Source: an uncultured Fibrobacter sp.
GTDB lineage: Bacteria; Fibrobacterota; Fibrobacteria; Fibrobacterales; Fibrobacteraceae
NCBI GenBank assembly: GCA_946413655.1
Contig: CAMKLO010000004.1
Span: forward strand, 38,342 to 102,341
Length of the DNA: 64,000 nt
Reading direction: 5' to 3'
This document shows positions 17,566 to 27,700 of the stretch, piece after piece. The number at the start of each line of letters is the position of its first letter. Positions within the stretch are counted from its first letter, which is position 1. The position numbers and the translations under genes are program-made. Below the pieces are notes generated by a model that was not told the DNA's origin, made no database searches, and saw nothing but the letters and a program-made list of their open reading frames with translations.

Positions 17566-18522
17566 ATGTCAAGGGAAATCTTAGTTCTCGGTTTGAATCC
17601 TGCATGGCAGAGGGTGTTCTTTCTGGATAAGTTTACTCCAGGCGAAGTGCACCGTATCTCCAAGGTCAAGGAATACGCGTCGGGCAAGGGCATCAACTGC
17701 TGTCGAGTGTTGCAGCTGTTGGGTGGGACGCCTCGTCTGATGCATTTTCTCGGTGCCGGGAACGGAGAAAAAATCTTTGATGAACTCTCTGCTTGCGGCA
17801 TCCAGCAGGTGCCGATTTGGATTCGCGAGAATACCCGCATCTGCACGACGATTGCTTGCAACGGCGATACCACGGAACTCGTGGAACCGTCCCCGACGCT
17901 TGCTTCGTCCGAGAACGATGATTTTGCCCAGACATTGAACGACTATTGGGATTCGACACAGTACGTGGCTCTTTGTGGCACGTTCCCGCAGGGCTTCGAC
18001 GTGAGGATGTTCAATGATCTTGACTTTAACGGCAAGCATGTCTTTGTCGATGCCATTGACGAAATCGATGGACTCCTCGAGAAAGGCGTTGACCTTCTCA
18101 AGATAAACATGCTGGAATACTGCAAATTGCTGGAACGCTTGAGCATCCCGTTGGTGAAGTCGAGTCCGCAGTTCTGGAAGATGACGGCTACGGCTGTTCT
18201 CGAACGCCTTCCGATAAAGAATCTTGTCGTGACGGATGAGGATTCTCCTGTTCGCGCTTTCCGCTTGGTTGAAAAGAAGTTCCAGGGTATCCAGTTGCAA
18301 CCGGCGGCAGTCAACGTGAAAAATGATATTGGCGCTGGTGATTCCTTCTTTGCGGGCTGGCTTTATGCCTGCGATTTGGGACTCAGCTTCGAAAGCTGTT
18401 TGGCAAAGGCTACGGCTGTCGCTTGCGCCCGTTGCGAAGTCGAGCGTCCGTGGAATTTAAGCTTGGACCGCGTTGTCGAACTGGAAAACGAACTGGCGAC
18501 AAAGGTCGAACGTCTCGAATAA
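17566..18522 (+). CDS. PfkB-family carbohydrate kinase (1-phosphofructokinase-like)
   Basis: LNPA, SGKGIN, KIN..E, DIGAGDSF. Confidence 0.85.
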   Translation: MSREILVLGLNPAWQRVFFLDKFTPGEVHRISKVKEYASGKGINCCRVLQLLGGTPRLMHFLGAGNGEKIFDELSACGIQQVPIWIRENTRICTTIACNGDTTELVEPSPTLASSENDDFAQTLNDYWDSTQYVALCGTFPQGFDVRMFNDLDFNGKHVFVDAIDEIDGLLEKGVDLLKINMLEYCKLLERLSIPLVKSSPQFWKMTATAVLERLPIKNLVVTDEDSPVRAFRLVEKKFQGIQLQPAAVNVKNDIGAGDSFFAGWLYACDLGLSFESCLAKATAVACARCEVERPWNLSLDRVVELENELATKVERLE

Positions 18523-18527
18523 AGGCT

Positions 18528-19244
18528 ATGCCGATGGATGACCGTTTTGTTCCTTTGTTTGCCTTTGCATCAAATGTGGAATTTTTCGGTACGTTCCCGG
18601 ATTGCTTGGAATTTGTTCGTCCTGACATTCGTTTGGGCGAAATCGTTGAATTGCCTGAAAATCGTGGCTTTGCCGTGGTGCTTGGCGTCGGGTTACTTGA
18701 GTTTGCTACAAATTTATCTGTTTTGCTCTCACGGCTTGCCGCTGATGGTCCTTTTACGCATGTGGTTCTTGCTGGAATTTGCGGCGCTTATCCCGATCGT
18801 GGATTGAACATCGGCGATGTTGTTCGTGTGGATTCCGAAAAAGTGGGGGACTTGGGCGTTGTCGAACGCAATGGCTCGTTTACGCCTTGGCACAAGGTTT
18901 GCGAGAATCCGGCGAAAGGAGACGTTTCTCCAACGTCTGCTCGTGTTTACGAATCATCGCCGCTGCGTGGCACTCCTGCCTGGCTAGAGTGTTTAAGGGC
19001 CGTTTCTGGCCTTACGGTCAACTGCTGCACGGGTACGGCCGTCATGGCTGCAGAACGCATCCAGAACTTCGATGTGGACGTGGAATCGATGGAAGGGGCG
19101 GCCTGCTTTTCCATTTGCCGGGCTTTTGGCATGCCCTGCTTCGAAGTCCGTGCCGTGAGCAATCTTGCGACCGACCGCGACAAGTCCACCTGGCGCATCG
19201 CTGATGCTTTAAAAGCACTGAACTCGCTTGTAAACGGTCTTTGA
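18528..19244 (+). CDS. mqnB: futalosine hydrolase
   Basis: Nucleosidase fold: GICGAY, GLTVNCCTG, VESMEGAA, EVRAVSN, RDKSTW; adjacent to mqnD. Confidence 0.85.
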   Translation: MPMDDRFVPLFAFASNVEFFGTFPDCLEFVRPDIRLGEIVELPENRGFAVVLGVGLLEFATNLSVLLSRLAADGPFTHVVLAGICGAYPDRGLNIGDVVRVDSEKVGDLGVVERNGSFTPWHKVCENPAKGDVSPTSARVYESSPLRGTPAWLECLRAVSGLTVNCCTGTAVMAAERIQNFDVDVESMEGAACFSICRAFGMPCFEVRAVSNLATDRDKSTWRIADALKALNSLVNGL

Positions 19245-19254
19245 ATCGTTGACT

Positions 19255-19571
19255 TTGCTCCGCAATTGGTCTCTCTGGAGGCAATGGGCTATGAGTTCGG
19301 GGCTAAAGCCCCATTGGGCTCGCTTCTACTCAAAGAGCATGACTCAACTAGAGAACTAAAGTTCTAAGTTTCGTATAGCTTCGGGCTTTTTTGCTAATTT
19401 CTAATTGCTTAACCTCAAAGGGCCGTAGGCCCGACCCCATACCACCCACTAACCACTATGAACAGACTGAAAGACGAACTATTGGTGCTGCTGGCGATAG
19501 ATAACGGGATTATTCAAGTGATAGTCTTGTTTTCTCTCGTCTCTCGTCTCTCGTCTTTCGTCTTTCGTCTA
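19255..19571. repeat. mosaic heptamer arrays with three minihairpin elements
   Basis: Hairpins at 19255-19265, 19292-19316 and 19416-19439; TCTCGTC/TTTCGTC x5 at 19535-19569 ending just before the mqnD ATG. Confidence 0.85.
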
Positions 19572-19576
19572 AAAAC

Positions 19577-20368
19577 ATGCAACTATCTCTCGGTATTTCC
19601 ACTTGCCCTAACGACACTTTCATTTACGAGGCCTTGATTCACGGGCTTGAAAATTCCCCGTTCGAATGGAAGGTCACGTACGCCGACGTGCAGACGCTCA
19701 ACGAAATGGTGCTGCGCGGTGAACTGGATGTCGCTAAAATCAGTGCGCAGGTTTATCCTGGAATTAGAGAGACGTACCGTTGTCTCGGCTGTGGCGGCGC
19801 TATAGGCTATGGTTGCGGCCCACTTTTGCTCTCTTCATCGGGGAATGCGTTCGACCCGGCACTTCCGACGACGCTTCCTGGCTCAAATACGACCGCTGCG
19901 CTCCTTTTCAAGTTCTGGTATTCCCGCCGCTATAAGGACGCTCCCAAGCTTCGATATGCGCTTTTTAACGAGGTCTATCAGGGACTGCTTAGCAAAAACA
20001 TGCCTCAAGGAGTTACTATCCACGAACACCGTTTTACGTGGAAACGCGATGGTCTCCATCTGTTGCAGGATTTGGGCGCATTTTGGGAACAGGAAACGGG
20101 AGCGCCGATTCCGCTGGGTATTGCCGTTGCGAAAAAGGAACTGGGCTATGCGACTATTGAATCCGTCGAAAATGAAATTCTCCGCAGTCTCCAAATAGCT
20201 CGCCAGAGGAGCAATCCTTTGACGCCTTTTATTGTCGAAAAAGCGCAAATTGATGACGATGAAGTCATCAAGTCGCACATCGCGATGTTCGTGAATGATT
20301 TCTCCGAAAATGTCGGAGAGGCGGGTTGGAGGGCTCTTGAAAATGTGTGGCGGTTATCACACTGTTGA
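19577..20368 (+). CDS. mqnD: 1,4-dihydroxy-6-naphthoate synthase
   Basis: STCPNDTFI, ADVQTLN, GYGCGPLL, IHEHRFT, PIPLG, HIAMFVNDFS. Confidence 0.93.
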   Translation: MQLSLGISTCPNDTFIYEALIHGLENSPFEWKVTYADVQTLNEMVLRGELDVAKISAQVYPGIRETYRCLGCGGAIGYGCGPLLLSSSGNAFDPALPTTLPGSNTTAALLFKFWYSRRYKDAPKLRYALFNEVYQGLLSKNMPQGVTIHEHRFTWKRDGLHLLQDLGAFWEQETGAPIPLGIAVAKKELGYATIESVENEILRSLQIARQRSNPLTPFIVEKAQIDDDEVIKSHIAMFVNDFSENVGEAGWRALENVWRLSHC

Positions 20369-20494
20369 TAAGCTGTTGAGTTGTCTAAAAGCTATGTAAT
20401 AGTTTGTAAACGTAAACGTAATTTTGCAAAACGGCGAATTTTTAGCAAAAACTTTATTTATTTTCCAAAAAGCATCTTTTTTTGGAGTTTGCTT

Positions 20495-20695
20495 ATGAGT
20501 TTAGTGAACGATCTTGAACAAGAAATCGAAAATTTCAAGCGCGAATATGAAAAGTTCGAACGCGGTAACAAATCAGCTGGCACGCGTGCCCGCAAGGTCT
20601 TGCAGAGTATCAAGAAAACCTGTCAAGAAATCCGTGTTTCAATTCAAGGTGCAAAGAAGGAGGAGGAAAAGGACGATCTTCCTAGCGAGGATTGA
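20495..20695 (+). CDS. histone H1-like (Hc1-family) small protein
   Basis: GNKSAGTRARK...K..CQEIR motif; start moved to MSLVND. Confidence 0.75.
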   Translation: MSLVNDLEQEIENFKREYEKFERGNKSAGTRARKVLQSIKKTCQEIRVSIQGAKKEEEKDDLPSED

Positions 20696-20881
20696 CAGAT
20701 AAATTTTCCATGAAAGGCTATACCTGTGTTTTTTTTTACACGAAAAATGGCGTTTTTGAAGAAAATCATTTGACTAAAGTCATTTTTGAAGGTATATTCC
20801 CACATGGGTTTTGTGTTTGCCAAACTGGCAAGCGTATGTTTAACGAATTTAAGTGTTCTATGATTGGAGAAACGTAGCAGT

Positions 20882-22399
20882 ATGACCCTAAAGAAACTGG
20901 TCTTAATTACGGCCGGGGCGATGCTTCTTTCTGGAACCGCCATGGCCAAGAATATCAATGTGCCGGGCGATTTCGCTAAGATTGCTGATGCTCTCGGAAA
21001 TGCGGATGCCGGGGATACCATCCTTGTCAAACGCGGTGTTTATAATGAAAACATCACCCTTATCATGGGTGTTGTCCTCAAGGGCGAGGACCCCTTGACT
21101 ACCATCATTGATGGTGGGCGTCGAGGTCCGACCGTCATGGGTACTTCGGGCGCCGAAATGTCGCACTTCACAGTGAGGAACGGTCTCGAAGGTATCCTTT
21201 GCGAAAACGCAGCTCCCTACATTCATCATTGCTATGTGATCGATAACCACGCAACTGGTATCGGTGCTTTTATTTCCTTGCCTTGGCTCCGCAATAACGT
21301 GGTCTATGGCAACCGCTGGTCCGGCATTCTCGCCTGGGGTGCAAAGTCGCTCGACGCCTACGTCGAACAGAACGTCGTGCTCCGCAACGGCTACTCTGGC
21401 CTTGCTCTGAAGGGCCCGACCAACATTATTGCCCGTAACAACATCTTTATGGAAAACCACTACTACGGTGTGTTTGCTGACCCGGCTGCCGGTCAGACGA
21501 AGGTGGAGTACAACAACATCTACAAGAACTACTACCCGTTCAACCAGTTCATCAAGGTGAACCGCACGAACGTGTCCTTGGACCCGAAGTTCATCAGCCC
21601 GTCTCTCGGCAAACCGAACTTCTTCTGCCAGTCCACCTCGCCGATGATCAAGCGCGGTAAGGGCAAGCTGGATATCGGTCTTACGGCAACGGAAGTCGTG
21701 AAGGAAGAAGAAGTCGTCGAGGAAACCCGCAATCCGGATACCGATGGCGATGGCCTTTGCGATCCGTGGGTTTCTGAAGAAGGCCTTGCCGAAAAGTATG
21801 CCGGCACCTGCACGGGCTTCGATAACTGCCCGGAAGAAGCCGAAGACTTTGACGGCTACCAGGACGACGACGGTTGCCCGGATGCTGACAACGACCGCGA
21901 CGGTCTTTGCGACCCGTGGGTTGAAGCTAAGGGTATGCTTTCTCAGTATGCTCACATCTGTAAGGGCGTTGACCTCTGCCCGGAACAGGCTGAATCCTTG
22001 AATAGCTACAAGGACGAAGATGGTTGCCCGGACGAAGTCCCGCAGCCGCCGAAGAAAGTCTTCGTTCTTGAAGGTGTGAACTTCGAATCCGGTAAGTCCA
22101 CCATTACTCAAGACTCCTACGTCTCCTTGATGAAGGTGGTCGATATCATGGAAACCTTCCCGGAATCTACGTTTGACATTGTCGGTCATACCGACAACAT
22201 CGGTAGCAAGGACAAGAACATGACTTTGTCTGCAGACCGTGCAAACGCAGTGAAAAACTTCCTTGTCGAAAAGGGCATTGCCGAAAGCCGTATGACAACG
22301 CAAGGCTTGGGCGATACAAAGCCTGTTGCATCCAACAAAACACCTGAAGGACGTGCGCAGAATCGTCGTATCGAATTCATCCGCACGGATATTAAGTAA
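20882..22399 (+). CDS. exported protein: parallel beta-helix + TSP3 Ca-binding repeats + OmpA_C peptidoglycan-binding domain
   Basis: VPGDF..I..A...A..GDTILV..GVY.E; DxDxDG/CP repeats; GHTDNIG, LSADRA, NRRIEF. Confidence 0.9.
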   Translation: MTLKKLVLITAGAMLLSGTAMAKNINVPGDFAKIADALGNADAGDTILVKRGVYNENITLIMGVVLKGEDPLTTIIDGGRRGPTVMGTSGAEMSHFTVRNGLEGILCENAAPYIHHCYVIDNHATGIGAFISLPWLRNNVVYGNRWSGILAWGAKSLDAYVEQNVVLRNGYSGLALKGPTNIIARNNIFMENHYYGVFADPAAGQTKVEYNNIYKNYYPFNQFIKVNRTNVSLDPKFISPSLGKPNFFCQSTSPMIKRGKGKLDIGLTATEVVKEEEVVEETRNPDTDGDGLCDPWVSEEGLAEKYAGTCTGFDNCPEEAEDFDGYQDDDGCPDADNDRDGLCDPWVEAKGMLSQYAHICKGVDLCPEQAESLNSYKDEDGCPDEVPQPPKKVFVLEGVNFESGKSTITQDSYVSLMKVVDIMETFPESTFDIVGHTDNIGSKDKNMTLSADRANAVKNFLVEKGIAESRMTTQGLGDTKPVASNKTPEGRAQNRRIEFIRTDIK

Positions 22400-22408
22400 A
22401 AGGAGTAG

Positions 22409-24649
22409 GTGATGTTGCATAAGAGTTTCATCAAAACGTCCGCAATTGGACTTGCCGTAGCAAGCACTTCTTTGTTCGCTGAGGCAACCTACACGCCGAA
22501 TAAGTATCAGCAGAATGACTGGTTTGCAGAATTTGGTGGTAACACTTCCATGTATGTGAACCCCGCTGGTATTTCTGAAACTGATCAGCTTGAATTCAGC
22601 GCAGCATTTTTTAGCACCATCAGTGGTGAAGCCAGCCAGGAATATGTCAGCTTGACATACCCGATTGACTACAAGCACACTTGGGGCATCTCCCTTTTCG
22701 AAAACGGTGCTTCCATTGAAGGTGGCCAGTCCTATAGCGAAATTGCCGCATTGTTCGGTTACTCCTATAGACTGATGCATTTCCTCTCTCTCGGTATCGA
22801 CCTCTCTGTCTTGTACATCAACCAGTTTGATGAACTCAAGCAGCTCACTGTCGGTGCTGACGTAGGTTTGAGCTGGAACCCGCTCGCTTCTTCGAAGTAC
22901 GGTTACTTGCTCATCGGCGTTGCCGTCCAGAACCTCCTTGCCCCGGCCGTCAGCGAAGCTGAAGGCGACGGAAGCTTCAAGTTCGTTCTCATGACTGCAA
23001 AGGACGCCTACAAGATTCCGACGAACCTCAACTTCTCCCTCTTCTGGCGCGGTTTCAACCGTCTCCTCGAAATGAAGGCAGAACTCTCCTTGATCGACAT
23101 CATCCACGATGCTGATGAAGGTGGTAAGGGTGCCAATCTTGAAATGAGCTTCACCTTGACCTACTACCTCTCTTCTCACCTCGGCGTTCGCGCCCGCTTC
23201 ACGAAGGAAGGCTATCCGGTCATCGGTGCTACGGTCAACGTGAAGGATGTGAGCATCTTCCGTTACCTCGCTCTTGACCTTGAAATGTCTCATGACGACC
23301 TTTGGGCCAAGAAGAACCGTGGCTTCGTTTGGGCTGTCAAGCTGACCAGCCGCTTCGGTGACACTCGTGAAGAGAAAATCGGTGAAGAACGTTATCGCCG
23401 CTTGAAGATCGAACCTGAAAACGACTACCGCGCTGCTATGCGTCTGTACTTGAACCGTCAGTTCCTCGAAGCTGCTTATGCCTTCGGTAAGGTCCAGACC
23501 AAGTACCCGGCATTCCACTTGGTGGACCAGGCTGCGTTCTACAAGGCAAAGTCTTTCGAAAACCTCCGTATGCATAAGGCCGCTAAGAATGTGTATGAAG
23601 ACGCTATCAAGCGTTATCCGCAGAGTGACCAGCGTGCTAAGTATCACTTCCAGTTGATGAACATCGACTATAAGGAAGGCAAGTATACGGAAGCCATGAA
23701 CAAGTATCAGAACATTGCGCAGAAGTTCGGCGAAAGCGACGTGAAGGCTGACGCTGACTACGTTGCCGGCCAGATCAAGTTCGAACAGGGTCTCTATCAG
23801 GAAGCTGTTGACTTGCTCGCCTCGATCCTTCCGGGTAACGCAAACTACTTCTATGCTCGCTATACCATGGGTATCGCTAACAGCCGCATGGGCAAGTTTG
23901 ATGAAGCTGAAAACTGCTTCCGCGATATTACGGAACAGCCGGTTTCCAACCAGTCCGAACGCGACTTGCAGGATGCCGCGAAGGTGAAGCTCGGTCACTT
24001 GTTCTTCTCTGGTGAAAAGCCGGACATTGCTCAGGCTGCCCAGATGTATGGTCAAGTGCAGAAGGGTTCTCCGGTGTTTGACGAAGCTATGCTCGGTATC
24101 GCATGGTCCTTCCTCAAGGTTCACAAACCGGATGACGCTATCAAGCCCGCAAAATGGATCATCAGCAATCTTCCGGAATCCTTCCTCGTTTCTGAAGCTT
24201 ATCTCGTGGTAGGTTACTGCTACTTCATGAAGAAAGATTATCAGAACGCTCTTGAAGCTTTGACTGAGGCTGAAAAACGCACTGAACAGCCGATTGTGTC
24301 TGTTGCCGCTCGCGACAGTGCTCGTCAAGCGTATGATGCCATGCAGAGCCAGTTCGACTCCGTTCAGGTTCTTGCCTTGGATCTCGCTCGTCAGTTGCCG
24401 ACTCCGCGTGTGGAAAGCAAGCGTGAAGCTTTGCGTCCGACGTTCGACAAGGCTAATCAGGCTATTGAAGATTATGCATCGTTCATGCAGAGATCTATCC
24501 AGAGTGACCGCTTCGAATCTAACCGCAAGCGTATTTTGGATGATGCTGGCTTTACTAAGGCCACCCTCTTGTCCAAGATGGGCGGTGTTGGCGGCGGATC
24601 GAAACCTGCGTTGCCGTCTGACGTTGAACAATTGGGAGATGACCTGTAG
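22409..24649 (+). CDS. outer-membrane protein: N-terminal PorV/FadL-like barrel fused to TPR repeats
   Basis: AGGAG RBS, signal peptide, YVNPAG motif, beta-strand half followed by a TPR half. Confidence 0.75.
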   Translation: MMLHKSFIKTSAIGLAVASTSLFAEATYTPNKYQQNDWFAEFGGNTSMYVNPAGISETDQLEFSAAFFSTISGEASQEYVSLTYPIDYKHTWGISLFENGASIEGGQSYSEIAALFGYSYRLMHFLSLGIDLSVLYINQFDELKQLTVGADVGLSWNPLASSKYGYLLIGVAVQNLLAPAVSEAEGDGSFKFVLMTAKDAYKIPTNLNFSLFWRGFNRLLEMKAELSLIDIIHDADEGGKGANLEMSFTLTYYLSSHLGVRARFTKEGYPVIGATVNVKDVSIFRYLALDLEMSHDDLWAKKNRGFVWAVKLTSRFGDTREEKIGEERYRRLKIEPENDYRAAMRLYLNRQFLEAAYAFGKVQTKYPAFHLVDQAAFYKAKSFENLRMHKAAKNVYEDAIKRYPQSDQRAKYHFQLMNIDYKEGKYTEAMNKYQNIAQKFGESDVKADADYVAGQIKFEQGLYQEAVDLLASILPGNANYFYARYTMGIANSRMGKFDEAENCFRDITEQPVSNQSERDLQDAAKVKLGHLFFSGEKPDIAQAAQMYGQVQKGSPVFDEAMLGIAWSFLKVHKPDDAIKPAKWIISNLPESFLVSEAYLVVGYCYFMKKDYQNALEALTEAEKRTEQPIVSVAARDSARQAYDAMQSQFDSVQVLALDLARQLPTPRVESKREALRPTFDKANQAIEDYASFMQRSIQSDRFESNRKRILDDAGFTKATLLSKMGGVGGGSKPALPSDVEQLGDDL

Positions 24650-24700
24650 AAATACGGGTTTTTTCCCTTATTATATGAAATCATAGGTGGATAGAGAACG

Positions 24701-27700
24701 ATGAAAAATCTAATGCTCGTCTCGGCAATTGTTTGCTCCTTAGTCGGAACATCATTTGCTGCATCGGATCCGTGTAAAGAAAAAACGACCGAAGCAAAGA
24801 ATCTATACGCAAAGTGTAAATCCATTGGAAAAGGCAATTCTGGTTATGAACAGTGCGCCAGTTCCTATAGAGTTCTCAAGAACCAGGCCGAACAAGCCTG
24901 CCGCTCAGGTGGCCTTGATGAACAGGGTATGCGCGATGCTATTGCGCAGTGGGAAAAACAGGTTGAACGCTGCAAAGGTAAAATCAGCAACCGTTGCGCA
25001 AGCTCCTTGCAACAGCTCGGTCACTACCAGTTCCAGCTCGAAGAAAAGCAGTTCCTCGACAAGAACGCCCAGTATGAAGAAGATGTCGCATGGTGCGCCG
25101 ACCGCGATAACAAACCGCCAAAGTGCGCTAACATAAATCAGTTCCCGAAGGCCGATCACCAAAAGTCTCTTGGTTACTTCCTCGAATACATCGACAAGTA
25201 CCCGAAAGAAGCCAAGGCTCCGACTGTGATTTATCAGGCCGCAGCTGTGCAGGAAGCTAGTGGCGAAGATGAAAAGGCTTACAAGCTCCGTATGCAGCTT
25301 GTCAAGGACTTCCCGGATCACGGTCTTGTGCCGAAGGCATGGCTCCGTATCGCTGAATACCACTTCATGAACCGCAAGTTCAAGGACGCTATCGCCGCCT
25401 ATAAGAAGGTGACGGGCTTCGAGAACCTTACGGGTAAGGAAGCGGCTCTTGCCATGTACCACTTGGCGGAATCTTACTACAACACCGCTGAATACGAAAT
25501 CGCAGCTAAGCAGTACTACGATTACATCGTCGGTGCAGACAAGGGTAAATATCCTGCTGACTTGCGTGGTGAAGCTATGGACTTCATGGCAGCCTCCTTC
25601 TCCGACCTCGAAGGTGGTGGTGTTGCCGAAGCTGAAGCTTTCTTGAAGGACAAGAAAGTTCCGTTCAAGGACTCTGTCTATTACCGTATCGGTATGAAGA
25701 ACAAGGACCATGACCGTAACGAAGAAGCTGTCCAGTCCTTCAAGCGATTGATGAACATCAACCCGGACTATATCGACGCTCCGCTCGCCGATATCGCCAT
25801 GATTGAAATCTTGATTGTCCAGCAGAAGTTCGAAGACGCTCAGGCTCACCGTTACGAAGTCGTGAAGCGTTATGACCGCAACTCCTCTTGGTACAAGAAG
25901 AACCAGAAGTATCCGGAATCTGTGAAGAATGCTGAAAAGGCCATCCGTGGTGCTATGCTCGACATTCCGCAGTATCACCATGCTCAGGCTGCCAAGCTCA
26001 CCAAGGAAGGTGACATCGAAGGTGGCAAGAAGCAATATACCAAGGCTATCGAAGCTTACGAAGCATTCTTGAAGCGCTATGCCAAGGAACCGACCTGGGA
26101 CGAATACAAGGTTCACATCAACCTCGCTCTCGTTTATCAGGAAATGGGCCAGCATGCTAACGCTGCCAAGATGTTCAACTGGATCGTCGAAACGGATACG
26201 ACTCGTTATGGCCGCCGTGAAATGGGTTCTGCCAACCTCCTCTCGAAGGATGAAGCTGGTTACAACGCCGTTCTCATGATGGACCAGGCTCGCGAAAATG
26301 CTCGCAAGACCAAGGCTAATGACGATGCTGTCCAGGCATACAGCTTGCCGGAAACCAAGGCTTACTTCGACCAGGTCGATAAGTACATGGCTAAGTTCGG
26401 CAAGAACAAGGAAGCCGCAGAACTTGCATACAACGCTGCTATCGTCCATTACGACGCCAAGCAGTTCAGTGTTGCTGTGAACGTCCTCCGCAAGCTGAAG
26501 CAGGACTTCCCGAAACACCAGTACATTTTGCTCATCAGCCGTATGCTTGCTCAGTCTCTCCTGGAATCCAACCAGCTCGATGAATCTCTCACCGAATTTG
26601 AATGGCTCCTCAAGCAGTACAAGGCCAAGGAAACTCGCAATGACTCCATGGCTGCTGAAATTGAAAAGGCTATCGCTTACGTTCTCTTCCAGAAGGCTGA
26701 AACCTCTGTGAAGAACGGCAAGACTGAAGCCGGTGCCAAGGCTTACTTAGACCTCGTCAAGCGTTATCCGACCATCGACATTGCCGACAAGGCAATCTTC
26801 GAAGCCGCTGCCGCTTACGAAAGCCTGAACCAGTTCAACAAGGCTGCTGAAACCTTCATGCTCCTCCCGAAGAACTACAAGAGCTCTCCGCTTACGGTCA
26901 AGGGTATCTTGCGTGCCGCTAGCAACTACAAGAAAGACAAGAAGCCGGTGGTTGCTGCCCAGACGTTCTTGTTCATTACAGACAACTTCCCGCAGGATTC
27001 CATGGCTTTCCCGGCAATTGGCTTTGCCGCTCAGACCTATGACTCCATCCCGGATAAGAAGCAGGCTGCTATAACCTTCGAACTTGCATACAAACGTTAT
27101 CCGAAAAACGAAGAAACTCCGTCCTTCCTCTATAGCGCTTGCTTGAGCTACGACGAAGCTAAGATGACAAATGAAGCTATTCGCTGCTCCAAGGACCTCG
27201 TTCGCGATTACCCGAAGAGCTCCTACGCTGTTGACGCTGCCTTCTCTATCCCGATGGCATACGCTAACGCCAAGAAGTGGGACCTCGCCATTCAGGAATA
27301 CCGCAACTTCGTGAAGATGTACCCGGATGACAAGGAAAAGCTGATTGCCGCCTATATCGGCATGGCTCGTGCCTACCGCGCTCTCAAGGACGAAGACAAC
27401 TCTGTTGATGCTTACGTGAAGACCCTCGAAGCCTACGACAAGTACGGCTTGCAGATCAAGAACGCCGATGCCGCTATCCCGGCTGAAGCCGCTTACTACA
27501 TGGGTGAACACGAATACAACAAGATGACTCCGGTTGTTTTGAAGGGCAAGGAAAAGGAAAAGGCCAAGATCGTCAAGAGCTTGGTTGATATCCTCCAGAA
27601 GGCTATGGGTCACTACTCCAAGTCTGCTGCCTACGCATCTGAAAAGTGGACCTTCCGTGCCACGAACAAGATGGGTATGCTCTTCGTGACGATGGCTGCA

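Noticed and set aside
19458-19637. 59-codon ORF (MNRLKDELLV...) starting between the repeat arrays
   Set aside because: It runs through the repeat and out of frame into mqnD with no RBS; at most a remnant.
18528-20368. Futalosine pathway genes split between two loci as a novelty
   Set aside because: This is a known pathway, and scattered mqn genes are common.
20903-24631. 1242-aa antisense ORF, and the 537-aa and 460-aa antisense ORFs over the TPR gene
   Set aside because: They mirror strongly codon-biased sense genes in register, have no motifs or RBS, and are best explained as shadow ORFs.
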